From contig OZ374565.1 in the NCBI GenBank assembly GCA_977862235.1, forward strand, positions 1,612,001 through 1,676,000: 64,000 nucleotides of DNA, written 5' to 3'. The DNA is from Dudresnaya verticillata. Lineage: Eukaryota. Positions 36,248 to 48,368 of the stretch are shown piece by piece. Each line of letters starts with the position of its first letter. Positions within the stretch are counted from its first letter, which is position 1. Both the position numbers and the translations under genes were made by a program. The notes under the pieces were generated by a model. The model was not told the origin of the DNA. It saw only the letters and a list, made by a program, of their open reading frames with translations, and searched no databases.

Positions 36248-37672
36248 ATGCATGATGCTGCTCAATGCACCTCTCCCAGTACCATCTCCACGCCTTCTCA
36301 AAGTGACGGTAGTGATATTGATACCCCGACCTCTCAATTCTACGCACGTGTTTCCGCGCATGCACAGATGCATCATGTGTCCCAGTTTCTTGATTCAGTT
36401 TTAGAGCTAATCGAGTTTTGCGCATGCGAGCACTTGGCTCTGGTGTACATAATGCCAACTGCATCAGCCCCACTCACTTTCGACAATTCTCCTGGAAGCA
36501 AAGCTGAATTTCTTTCCGTAGGTATACCGAACAGTTCAATAGAGGGAATTGCTAGTGCATCTGTCAGTCTGCATGAGAAGTGTTGTGAAGAGCTCCAAAG
36601 GTTCTCAAGATGTCAGCACTCCGGTCCCGGTCTCGTTTGTGATGCTTGTATTGCAAGGCTGACTGTCCACGCCCGGAAGCTATGTGAAGTTAATCCGGTT
36701 CTATACAAGTTTTGTACGGAACTTATTCTTACAATCAATCGGGCGCGATCTCATGGACGAAATGTGGCAAAGCTGGTCGCGGGACTCTGCTCTGAGCACC
36801 TTTCTGCAGCGAAGCAATTCTTTTTGGACTTCGATGCCAACCGCCCTGAGACGACAAAGGCATACCATGAGCTGTACGGAAGAGCAATTCCAGAAGAAGA
36901 AGAACATGAGCTGGATCCTAAAGATACTGGGATATGCTTTCCTGGGCGTCTGAGGTATCGAAAGCTTGTAACATTCGACAAGAAGGAGCGTCACCACTGC
37001 TCAAAACAGTACCCGAGCCCGCAACGATTCAGTCCTGGAATATTAACTGTTCAATGCGTGTGCATTCACCCCAAGTGCATAGGGTTCATTGTCATGACGC
37101 AGCCGGAGTCAATAGCTCTTGCATTATCATCCGTGCTATCACACTTTAGGGTTCCCCCACGCACTGTTTACTACGACAACGGATGCAACTTGATGACGTC
37201 TGCGTTAATGCGAGTTCCCTGGTTTCTTCATCTTTCACGCCTGATGGTTGATCGATTCCACTACAGCGGTCACACATGTGGTCCATTCTTCGACGCAAAC
37301 TATTACAAGTCGAATGACAACCAGCGGAGTACAGCAGCAGAGGCAATCAACTCGCGGTTGCAAAAGTCCGTCCCATTCCTGCGATTTGTTAGTGGGACAC
37401 ATCTCTTCCCATTCTTAACTTCTCGTCTAGCAATGCTCAATATAGCGTCCGCTGCACGGGAAAAGCTTGGAGTCGGCGACCTTGAAGACGTGAACTTGAC
37501 GCAGTTCTATCAGAATAACTACAGTTGCAGATGCGCCGCTTGCGGTCTACCGCCGAAGGAAGAGGATGTTGAGCTTCTGGAAGACATATCAGGAATACAA
37601 CCTGCTGATTCCGGGCCGGAGAATTCAGATTCCTCCACTGATTCAGCGACGGGCTCGGATGTGGAATCATAG
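36248..37672 (+). CDS. KDZ transposase catalytic region (probably 5'-truncated)
   Basis: CSKQY...SPGILTVQCVC.HPKCIGFIVM..PES, VYYDNGCNL, VDRFHYSGH.C and STAAEAINS are characteristic KDZ motifs. Confidence 0.88.
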   Translation: MHDAAQCTSPSTISTPSQSDGSDIDTPTSQFYARVSAHAQMHHVSQFLDSVLELIEFCACEHLALVYIMPTASAPLTFDNSPGSKAEFLSVGIPNSSIEGIASASVSLHEKCCEELQRFSRCQHSGPGLVCDACIARLTVHARKLCEVNPVLYKFCTELILTINRARSHGRNVAKLVAGLCSEHLSAAKQFFLDFDANRPETTKAYHELYGRAIPEEEEHELDPKDTGICFPGRLRYRKLVTFDKKERHHCSKQYPSPQRFSPGILTVQCVCIHPKCIGFIVMTQPESIALALSSVLSHFRVPPRTVYYDNGCNLMTSALMRVPWFLHLSRLMVDRFHYSGHTCGPFFDANYYKSNDNQRSTAAEAINSRLQKSVPFLRFVSGTHLFPFLTSRLAMLNIASAAREKLGVGDLEDVNLTQFYQNNYSCRCAACGLPPKEEDVELLEDISGIQPADSGPENSDSSTDSATGSDVES

Positions 37673-38437
37673 AGTTGTGACAATATGTATCGAACTATTC
37701 AATTTGTGCATTGCTCGTCTCTGCCATGGAGAGCTCCCGGAGGTAAAGGTATTCCTTGTATATATTCACTCGCTCGCTCGCTTGGAGACTCTCGACGAGT
37801 CACATGCCATGATAGGTATGCATCGGTTTCGGGTCCGTTGTGGTTCGTGTGTTGCGGTTCCAGGAAATGTTCTGACCTTTAAGCTTAAAGAGCTGGCTCT
37901 TCATGTTCGGCAGGAGCTGGAAGGTCGACCTGCTACATGAAGCATGGTTTCACGTCTACAGTGGGACTCCTGAATCATGCATGCATGCATGGTGAACAGC
38001 GCATTGTCAAGACACGCGGGCCTGGATGAATACAGATCAAGATCCAGATTGCTGCTGTGATGGTGCCACGATACAACATCATGATCTCATAATTTGATCC
38101 TTTCTCAAGAAATGTGACCTATATTTGGCCAGGAAATTTCCCGCGCGCGCGCAATTACGTTTGTGCACAAATGACATGTCGAAGCTCTGTGGAGATGTTC
38201 ATCCACTCCCCACCATAGTCCGTCCGTTTCTGAGCATCAGGTGGTTCACACTATTGCTCCACCCGTGCATTGCGGACATACAGAGCGCTTGACCACTCTC
38301 TGCGCTTCATCGCTTGGGTCACCCTTCAACCAGCACTCAGGTTCGCCTTTTGCTCATTCAAGAGAAATTGAGAGCTCTCACGCCATTGCTTATACGTCAG
38401 AAGATCGAATAGCTATTCATAACAGTCTTTCCGCGTC

Positions 38438-40874
38438 ATGGGGGATAATGAAGAGGACCTTAACAGTGACTCTATAAGGCGTGCCTTAGATCTTACCGCT
38501 GTTGGAACTGTTCCAGGGCTTGGTGGAGAAATCGTTGAAGTCGTGGAGAAGCTGAATGTAGCTCAGAGAAGATGGAAATCTGGGAGGCTACACCTCCTCA
38601 TGGAGACGGAAGGTGCCGAAGCCATTGCATCTGGAACAACATCTTCTCAACGAGAGATATTCGTCCTATTCTCTCCGAGTATCGATTTCGCGAAGGAAAA
38701 CTGCAGGAATATTACTAGAACACTGGCCAGTTCCATAACAATGTTTTCGTTTTCAAACAACCCAAGACGGGCGGGAGCATCCTCTTCACAAGTCCCACAG
38801 CAACATGTAGAGCCGAGTGCCTTGCCAACAGAAGAGGATGGAGTGAAACTGATGAGAGCAGCATTGCAACGAGCCCAAGGCCCGAACTGGTTTCCAGGTA
38901 CCAAGACTTCTGGAGCAGGAATAGGTATTCTCACCGTGGACATAGAAATATTCCAAAAGTTCATGGAGCTTCCAGTGGAGCATCTCGACAACCTGTATGA
39001 CAACTTCGTCTTTGAAGGCTATCAGGAGCTGAAGTCAAGGATGCTGAAATCAGACCCAAGAGCTAGGAGGATGCGCAAGCGAGAGGCTATGACGCCGCAA
39101 TGGTTTCGCAAAAAGATGAAGGCTGGTGAGCTCGTGATTGATATTCTGGAACCACTTCTTCCTTCCAAACGAACGCTCAGAGACAAGAGGAAAAGTGCAA
39201 AGCAGTCAATGATATTATCGGCATTCTACAAAAAGGAAAGTGAGTTTGCTAAGGACGTGTTGGATGTTATGCATTCCGTGGCACACACGTTGCCTAGTTA
39301 CGACAAGATACAATTCGTCACAAACAATTCAACTCGTGACTCTGCCAGGCATACGGAAGAAGTTAGGGCTGAAGCGCTGCGAGATACAGGAGATACAGAA
39401 CAGTTACAACCGCCTGCAGATTCCAGTAGTGCCGAAGGGAATGAGACAATGGCTCCACCACTTGATGCTGTAGCATTGGCGACGTCTGCAGCGTCCCAGC
39501 TACAGTCAATCTCGGCAAACGCGCACGCCGCGGGCCATGGGGTGGATAATCAATCATCGCCTTCCCCACGTTTTCCACAACAAAGTGTATCCAATGCTAC
39601 CTGCGCTATGGAAACCACTAGAACAGCTTCTCGTACAAGAAATGAACAAGACAAAAATACAGAGCAGTGCCCGTGTCCTTCATCCTCTCAGAAAACTATT
39701 CGTACTTCAACTCAACCTTCAGCACAAAGTCCTTCTGGAATAGAAGAAGGCTCTGTAGCCCGGGCAATGGGTGCCAAACATATCGCCCCACACAAAATGA
39801 ATAGAGACACACGTGCGAATGAAATCAATTCGGACATACTGCAGGACGAAGAAGGGACGGGTCAAGAGCATCAGGCAATCGACAAACGTCTACCAGACTC
39901 AAGCCTGGGGAAGAGACCAGGTCACCACTCAGAACTGCCATCCAGGGACGAACTGGACCGCGGAAAAGACGGAGAGGACGGGGTGAGCTCAGAGAGTTTC
40001 GCAAGTGATATTCCAATCGCTCAGATCAGGCGTACACGTCAAAAACCGCGGAAGCATCGGCGCGTAGGCTTTCGAGAACGTTGTTTGAATATTTGGACAG
40101 CAATTACAAACCCAATCCATGATCAAAGAACCAAATCGTCATCTGTAACGCACAATACTTGTGCACTGCCACCGGCATGCAATCCCTCCGAACAGTCTTC
40201 ACGCGTGCAATGATAGCTATTCAAAGTCTTGTCTCATCACCTCGACCAAAAACTAGCGAGCCTCCAGGTGCTGCTCCCGCAAGCAACAGAATAACCTTTG
40301 AAGCTGATATTGCAGATCATCAAAGTATTCAGAACAGTACACGTGTGACCACAGCAAGGGCATCGGCAGGTTATGGTGACCTCATGACTATTATTAATAA
40401 TGAAACCATACAAAATGCTGGAAAGAACGCAGAAGCTTCTGCCCTAGGGACGGAACTTACACCACCACTTGCACCACTGTCGCAGATAATGGAATTCAGC
40501 TCTAGTGATGATCAGCAAGACATTTCTGATGAGGAAAGCAATTCAGATGAAGACACGTTAAGAATGACAACGTTTTCAGATAAGAATGACCCTTTGTGCA
40601 CAACCAAGATGCTTGAAGTCAAGATATACTGTTCCTCGGAATTCTGTGCGAGTTCCGCTTCAGAAAAGAAAGACAAGTTCCTGATCTTCTGAAAGACATT
40701 TGCAACATGTGCGGACTAGTACTGCACTATTCATGTCAGGTCCTGAATGACCAAAATCCTAAGCTGTGAGCCATCTGCAAGCGTTGCCAGATGAAGATTG
40801 ATTTCGTAGATTTCCATTACCTGAATGCTCGTTACAACACGCTTAGTAGAGACTTTCTGCCGTCATTGAGTTAA
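38438..40874 (+). pseudogene. KDZ second ORF: globular N-terminus, long disordered region, C-terminal PHD finger (frameshifted)
   Basis: ORFs 38438-40213 and 40159-40692, then a shifted frame giving YCSSEFC...ICNMCGLVLHYSC...L*AICKRC (C4HC3). Confidence 0.65.
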
Positions 40875-43800
40875 AAAATTGCCTTTGTTCTGTTTCCCAA
40901 CTTGTCAGTAGAGTTCAGCGAAAACGTTTCTTGTAGTAGTGTAGGGAATATTCCAGGGGTGTTTTAAACCGCCAAGATGTAGTAAAAATGTTTCTCGTTA
41001 GAGCAGGGCGTCGCACAGTTCCTTGCAGGCGGTAGGTAGGTGCAAGGGTGCTATTCGTGAGGTGGTTCGGGTGACTTGAAGGTAAGTGTTAATCAGGTTT
41101 TGCTCAGAAGGGCAGCGCGCGCTCGGGTGCCCGCAATTTGGAGCGGTGAAGCATCAGAGATGCAGGGTAGTACGACCGGAGGTGTGGCGGGTGAGATAGA
41201 GGGTGCTGCCGGGTGCCGGGTACGGGGTGCGCATGCGGGCAGAGGCATGGGGCGCGCGGGGGGGGGCAGGGTGCGCGGGGTGGCGGGGGACGAGTGGGAG
41301 GCAGGGTGACCCCGACTGCTGAGAGCGTGAGGGCAGGGTGTCCGGCTTCGCTCGACTGATATGGTGCTTACAATGGAAGAATGCCAGGTGGCGCTCCAGC
41401 TCTCTCCCAGCAATGACACCACTAGTATCCCCAGTGGCTGCGGCGAGCGAGGCGCCCGGTATCCCAGCAGCCGCCGCGGGCGGCTGGCCAGTGAGACACC
41501 TGTCCAGGGCCGATGACGCGGCCCCCGCGGCGGTGCGGCCCAGATGGGAAAAGGACCACTGCGGGGCGCCGGGGCGGACCGGGTGGGCAAGGGGCAGGAC
41601 GGCCCGCCCCCCAAAAGGCCCACGAGCCTACAAGAAGGCTTACAGCCATAACTGTAAGTGCCCCGCTCGCTAGCAGCGGGTGCAGTGACCAGCGCCGCCC
41701 GAGCGGCGCCGAGGGGCGCCTCCTTTTGTCCAATGTCTTCATACAAAGCTGTTTTTACGCGACGATTCACAGTAGGGAACTTTCCCGCCAGGCGAAATGC
41801 TTCTAAGTGTCCAAGTGCTTCATATGCCGCTCGCATTCGCATAATCGTACTCTCTACTAAGCGGAAGGGTCCTTGGCGTAATTATAATGCATTTCAAGGG
41901 CGAGAGCGTTACGAAGCGTTACGTCCAAACAGCAAAACGTGCCCTACTCGCCAGGCTAGCTGGGCGGGGAGGTTTTGGGGAGAGGAATATTGTTTGTACA
42001 CTGCGGTCGCGCACCTCGCCGGCGCCACCTCAGTAAACCACCCCGCCGTCGGGGTGCTTCCTTCTACAGTTTGATACTCCACATACAGTCCGCCGGTTGC
42101 ACCGACAGCAGGTCCTGACGAGGCTTTGTTGTGCATACGTGATCACGTACCTTATCTGTGTGATACTTCAGAATCGGGATACGGGCGATGAAGCTGTATT
42201 GTCTAGATATCAATGGCTTGGCAGGCGCTACAGTACATCGTAGATGCGGTGACGCAGACCGAGGTGCTGCGTCTGTTGTTGCAAACTCCGTATATGTTAC
42301 GCTACGGCAGCAAGCATCCACCCTGTCCGTTAGGCGCAGCGAGCGTGGTAGGTTCGCAAGTCCTCTAGATGTGGGACGGTATCTATTAGTCTCGCGAGGC
42401 TACTCTTACCATGGCTATGTGTGGTGTGGGGCAGACTGGGCTCACGGTTGGAGCAGTGTGCTGGCAGTGGTGAGCTTGTTTGTATCTTTTTGGGTACGGT
42501 CAGCGTGTGATGATGATGATGATGCGGGGCTTGGTCGATAATTGTAATGAGAATGTAGAGCGAAGGGAAAGACTAGCATTGGTGCGGTTTCTGTTACAGT
42601 TTCCAGAGGGTGATGGGAAACTTTTATTGGTTGTCTTAGGTGGTCCCGGGCGACTTAAAGGCCCATGTGCAGTCACACCAGAGGGTGGAGCCACTGCACT
42701 CCACCAGCTCAAGCTAGTTGGTTAGTGAAGATTGTGTCAGTAGTGTGTTTGACAGGTGGGGAAGGATAGTTTCCAATAGGAAGAAAACTAGGTTAAGGCA
42801 AGCGGGCTCTGGTTTTGTTATTAACTTGGTCCCCCTTAAGGGGCTTCCCGTCTGCTCTCAAAAAAGGTCCCCCTTCTTATTCCCCCTCAATAATAAGGGG
42901 CCCTTTGTTTCTTTCAGTAAAGCGTTCTACCACGAACAGTACGGTACACTATAACAAGTATTTTGTTATTCCGTGAAGGTAGGACACTTGAAACAAGAAC
43001 AAGAAATGATTTGTAAAGTATGTGGTCTAAGATCGCTGCTATCCAGCCGCAGAAGTGAGTAGGAATCTGTGTGCTTTCTGCTGGAGCTGTGCGCGAGTGT
43101 TACAGCATGGTACAATATCACGAGCCTCGAGCCTGAGACCCGCGGGTATGATATCAACCGGCTCGTCGCCTTAATGCGACGAGGAACTACTCGGCTCAGA
43201 GCCGTGGGTTGTACAGTAGCTCGTTGGACAAGGTTTTAGGCAGATCGAGGTGTGTGGCTGGGTTTTTCAAGTTATGCGTGTACAGTATGCGTGTGTGTTG
43301 TACACAAAGATGATGCTGTTTTGAGTGCTCAAGTTCCTACAAGGATCTTCTAGCTAGGTACACATTGTAACTCCCGAGAGAGGGGTTGGTACTGGCACGA
43401 AGGATTTTTTTTTGCGGCCGACAGCTTTGTACCCATCCGTGTCCACTGTCCACCCATAGGATATCTTCTTTCTGCGAGAAAAGAGGGGCAACAGCACGCA
43501 CCAACTGCTCTGGAAAGCGTGTCGCAAGAAAACGGACCGACTCGGTTAAAGGCAAGTTTTCAAGCATGACGTCGTTCAGGAGGGGGCATTGCATGGGCAG
43601 AAGCGTTGCGTGTTTCCGATGTGTTTGTAGCTCGACGCCAAGCCCAAAATCTCCTGCAGAGCCGTTGTTGTTGTAACCAGTAATGCTGTTGCCGAAGGGA
43701 CACCACACCACCGGCTGGACCACTGCGTCAGCGTCCACCATGCGCGATGCGCGACTGTCAACCACCCAGTGCAGCGACACACCCCGCACACACGACGCGT

Positions 43801-45767
43801 GAATCACAACAACAATAGATTGAACCCCCGTACAATCGACAAAAAGCCACAGCCACGAAAGAGCCACGGTGCTGGGTGTCACAGCAGAGACCGCACCGTC
43901 GCCATAATCTACCGACCACACCTTCGAATCTTCTGACTCCCACGCAAATTGGCATCTCCTACAACCACCCATATACTGTACGTGCCCTTGTCTGCGTTGC
44001 CTTTGGTCCACTCTCCATTCCTGTTCCGGGTCCCTATCCGGCCCACACGTGTTCATTCCATGCATAAAGTGTAGTCCCTCTCGTTGCGTACCTGCACCCC
44101 ATACTCGCGCTACTTGGAAACGACTTTCGACAGGTTTCGCTGCGCCCACACCCCTTCATGCGTGTAACAAGTCAAGTCTGCCTTGCTGTCTCGCTGCCTG
44201 TCTGCCTGTGCTGTTCATTGAAGAAACTGTAGTGATTTCTACGAATCCGCGCGTGACGACGCTGGCGGCGATCGACGGCAATCCCGACGTCGCGCTGATC
44301 GCACTCTTGTCTACGCCTGCATCTGACCCCGACGGGAGGAGGTTTACTGATGAGGTCGGCGCCGGCTAGTGCAACGAACCGACGAAAAACAAACCACAAG
44401 CAGAAAATGCGTGCGACTCGAATTCCGCACTTTTGCCGCAAGCGTACCACCACTGCGATACAGCCAGCAACCAATAAATGCGCTTGCAAAACCAAAGGTT
44501 TGGTAGTTAGTCTAGTTTGATACTCCCTGTCGGAAGCCTCGTTCTATCTCTCTGGCACTCTGCTTGTCCCGTAATGAATGACAAAACGCGAGCAGGGGCG
44601 TTGTGGCCCTGCCCAACCGCTTGGAAGGGTGAGGGCGGCCCCTCTGGTTGATGCTGCGTTGTGCATAGCGTCGGCGACGCTCGACACAACGACGATGCCA
44701 TCGGCACGGTTCTGCAAATGAGTGAAAACATTGCTTGCAGTGCAACGACCGCTGTAACGTGGTAGTGGTAGACCCTTCAACGTGCTCCAAAGAATCAAAG
44801 TGAAGGCAATCCTTGTGCACCTGGACCCGCAACTGAACCATACAAACGCGGCATCTACCTCGTTTGAAATATGGTTGGCACTCTCCTGTATGTCCACGAA
44901 CGCCTCACGTTGCGGGATTGGCGCAGGGGTACTGTATGTATATGCCGGCCAACCCCGTATCTAAAAGTTTGTGTCTCACAAACAAGCGAAACATGAGACA
45001 GACGGAGGAGCAACGGGTGTGATGAAACAACGCCGCCGTGAATTTGCGGCTTCGTTCTTTCTGCGAGCTTCACACGGCGCAACAATGTATTCAAAGTTAC
45101 ATCGAGACCCGGGTGACACTGCCGAGTCCCCATATATTATTTCTCTCCCTGTCGCTGCCCACGGGGAGTGCGAGTATCTTATTCTGTACCAGCTGCGGCT
45201 CCCAGCGAAAAGAACGTAAAATGCAAACGTGTTGTTTGCACGAAGAATACGCAGTTGATCGGGCAGCGAAAGCCGAACACGCCGTTTTGGAGTTGTCCAC
45301 GGCGAGCGTGCAAATGAAGGGGCAGCCTCAAACGGCAGTAGACATTACGTACTGTATGTACTGTACAACCTGCCTATGAGTACACATTTTGTGTATTTAC
45401 TTTTGGCGGGGCGCAGGACGTACCCGATAAGCCAACTGGACAGGATAGCTGTGCCAGTAACTTTGTAAACCAGGCTTAGGAGGTGGTGCTACCCTAGTAG
45501 AAAGCTCTAAACACCCTTACCTCATGTTATTTTAAAGGCTGCATGTACTGGAGCCATGTGTAGCAACCCCAAGTTTGCTGCACTAAAATCATGCTACACA
45601 ACCGCCTAACCACACGTCAGTCTTGCTCTATTCGTGTTCAGTAGAGCGATAGATCTTAATGAAAGGACAGCCACCCTGTATACCATACAGCAGTTGCTGC
45701 TAAATCATCAGCTGCATTTGACGCTAATGTTGCACCGTTTGCAGAGTATTACTTGCCTTCTGCCACC

Positions 45768-46172
45768 ACTAACAGGGCCTAACGCACTCACTGTCGCGTC
45801 GCCATCATGGGCACTGCCACCCAGCCACACAAACCCAAGACTGGTTGTAAAATTCTCATGTGAACAATCATAGTTACAGCTGGCATATGCTCTCAAAGCA
45901 TGTTCTGCTATGGACAGATAGAGGCAGACAGTAATCTTACTTCCAGAGCATTGTTTTTCTTCTGCCGCAACTAACAGGGCCACGCAACGCACTTACTGTC
46001 GCGTCGTCATCATGGTCATTGCCACCCACCCACACTCGCCCAAGACTAGTTGTCAGTCTATTTGACTAAAACTCTCATGTGAACAACCACAGTTACAGCT
46101 AGCATATGCTCCAAAAGCATGTTCTGCTATGGACACACAGATAGAGGCAGAGCAGACAGTAATCTTGCTTCC
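45768..46172 (+). repeat. Diverged ~200-bp tandem duplication
   Basis: ACTAACAGGGCC...CTCATGTGAACAA...AAAGCATGTTCTGCTATGGACA...CAGACAGTAATCTT occurs twice. Confidence 0.85.
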
Positions 46173-46574
46173 TGTTATCTCTGTCATCTTTCCCTCTCAC
46201 TACCAACACATTTCCTGCGCTTTGCGTACGATGTGATACAACTGCATCACATTCTGCTGTAGACAGCACAAACTGCAACATACAACTGAGCCTCTTCTTC
46301 CTATGTCAAGCAAAGCGCATCAGTCTGCCCTTAGCGTGCGCCGCTACGGCGCACGTAGGACCTCGCTAAAGGTTACCCAGCACCTATCAATCGCACTATG
46401 CCCCGTTATTCACCGCTATATCGACACTTATTTACGCCATCACCGTCGCAATTTGCGCTCCCCTCAAAAACCCCACCGCTTGCAGCTAACTGCGTGACCC
46501 CATCGCCTCTTAACTCCATGCTATAACCCTCCTAGATCTCTCTCACACGCCCTAAAAACGAATATAACATCCGC

Positions 46575-46581
46575 TATAAAA
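46575..46581 (+). promoter_or_regulatory. TATA box of Cys-rich gene 1
   Basis: TATAAAA 118 bp upstream of the ATG, with similar spacing in both paralogs. Confidence 0.7.
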
Positions 46582-46692
46582 GCCGCGAGAGTTCCGCAGA
46601 CTGCACTCCCGCCCAGTCTCCAGTCCAACCTCCGCAGGACACACCACCAACAGCAACCACCCTTCCTCCGAAACCTCGCCGAAGAATCCGAA

Positions 46693-47184
46693 ATGAGGGC
46701 CATCTTCCTTACCCTCTTATTCGCGCTCTTCGCGGCCGCCCTGACCTTTTCGCTAGAGGAAGATGACAAGACCGTGCTTCTGACGGAGCGTGCAGAAACG
46801 ACCCCAGGCCCATGCCCGTGCCGCTGTCTCCCGCGCCGTCGCCGCCGCCGCGTGCGCAGGAGTTGCAGAAGGCTGCGAGGAATATGCGAGGTGACACCGT
46901 GCGATCGGCCGGGCTTCACGAGACCTGGGTTGCAGTGCTGTGATGTGGAAGTAGAGATGTCGCCGAGCATGACGCCGTCGTCTTCACCGTCAGCCACGCC
47001 GTCCATGACGCCATCACCATCGGCGTCGCCATCACCTAGCATGAGCATGACACCTGCTCCGATCGCCTGCCCTTGCAGGTGCAGGAGGCGTCGTCGGAGG
47101 GCGCGCAGGGACTGCAGGGGACTCCGGCCGTTCTGCCGGGTGACTCGGTGTGCGAGGAGGAGGTTCTATTGCTGTGACGCCTAA
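46693..47184 (+). CDS. Secreted cationic Cys-rich two-domain protein, paralog 1 (Arg-rich)
   Basis: Signal peptide MRAIFLTLLFALFAAALT, acidic segment, two CPCxC...C..L...C....C...CCD domains and an (SP/TP) linker. Confidence 0.88.
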   Translation: MRAIFLTLLFALFAAALTFSLEEDDKTVLLTERAETTPGPCPCRCLPRRRRRRVRRSCRRLRGICEVTPCDRPGFTRPGLQCCDVEVEMSPSMTPSSSPSATPSMTPSPSASPSPSMSMTPAPIACPCRCRRRRRRARRDCRGLRPFCRVTRCARRRFYCCDA

Positions 47185-47869
47185 CCTGTCGAGTAAGTGA
47201 AGGTTTGAAATGAACTGGACAGTGCTGGAGGAACGTATGATCTAAGCTGTTTTGTTTCTGTAGTGAGTCGTTGGCTTCAGGCTGTGTCTTTTGATTTTCA
47301 TTTTCTCATGTTCTCTTCTTTGTCCCTGAGCCCGCTTCGCAGGATTGCTGCTGAATTAGGCAAGCGCAATCGCCATCTGAATACTTTGGATATGTTTGAA
47401 ACTGAATAAACTAGTTGTCGCATGTTTCTGTACCTCTCGTGTTCAGCGGAAGTTAGCCTTCGTATTCTTTGTGAAAGCGGCTCCGAGGCTGAGCCTTATT
47501 GCGGAGATAAGCGCTTAGTTGTAGTTGCTCTCTAATAGCGTAGCAGGATGGTATATCATACCTCACTACGACAGTTATTGGCGTTCCGCAGGCGGCCACT
47601 GGTCCCCCGATCTGGGCACGTCTCTGACAGGAGATGTGTGAAATGAGAGAATAATCCGTTAGGAGTTGGTGAATGCAAGACACCGCACACACACAACAAA
47701 CATAGATTCGCGGATTTGGGGTGCGGAGAGGCCCTGCATACGTCATCGCGTTGCGGCCGAGAATTTCTCTCTTTCATCACAAATGTTGTGGCAGGGCTTA
47801 TCTTCTCTTTGAACAAGGGTCGTCTCTCATATTGCAGCGGCACCGGGGAAAATGAACGGGGAACAGATA

Positions 47870-48368
47870 CAGTGAAACCCCGTTGAAAGCATCCTGCACT
47901 ATGCGCATAACCGCGCTATATGCATACTGAACCATTCCGCCACCAAAGAACCTGCGATTTTGAGCCATATACTGTAAGTGTGCACCCTGCATACCTGCAT
48001 AATGCATACAGATCCGAGGACAACCCTTAAGTTTTGATTAATATTTGGCCCGTTAGTACGCCAAAATGCATAATTGTGGCGGAGGATGAGGACACTCTTT
48101 CAGTCGAGCAGGAGCTTCTCCGTCTCGTTCAGGCTCGGTCCATCCTCGAAAAGAATGGTAGCCTCTGTGACGCAGGCCGAAAGGCTTTTTACAAGTGGCA
48201 ACGCTCTCTAAGAGTGGAGAAAGTTGCTTCTATGAAGCAAACAAGGATCTTAGACCACTTTTCGAGGAAATAATGAAGTTATTGTCTAGCTCTCGGAAGT
48301 TGCATACCCCCCATAAAAGCATAAACACCCTTTCTCCCAACTAGCGTGCTTATAGCGAGGTTTCACTC
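47870..48368 (+). mobile_element. pogo/Tigger-derived non-autonomous element (499 bp)
   Basis: TA-flanked TIRs CAGTGAAACCCCGTTGAAAGCA / TGCTTATAGCGAGGTTTCACTC. It retains a transposase C-terminus with a PIP-box-like KQTRILDHF. Confidence 0.8.

Larger units (their letters stand above)
34885..41950 (+). mobile_element. KDZ (Kyakuja/Dileera/Zisupton-type) DNA transposon, ~7.07 kb
   Basis: 8-bp TSD CCAGGCTA (34877-34884, 41951-41958), short imperfect TIR GGGATAGGGCACG / CGTGCCCTACTCG, and subterminal CCTTTTGTCCA copies near both ends. It encodes a KDZ transposase. Confidence 0.8.
34712..42083. mobile_element. Solo LTR (~298 bp) split by the KDZ transposon (parts 34712-34884 and 41959-42083)
   Basis: TGTAGA...TCCACA ends with 5-bp TSD TACAG at 34707-34711 and 42084-42088. 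Confidence 0.7.

Noticed and set aside
43161..43195. CTCGTCGC-loop-GCGACGAG hairpin as a Helitron 3' end
   Set aside because: There is no clear CTRR terminus or matching 5' end.
43337..44149. 270-aa ORF
   Set aside because: It has a non-ATG start, no recognisable motif and an unconvincing composition.
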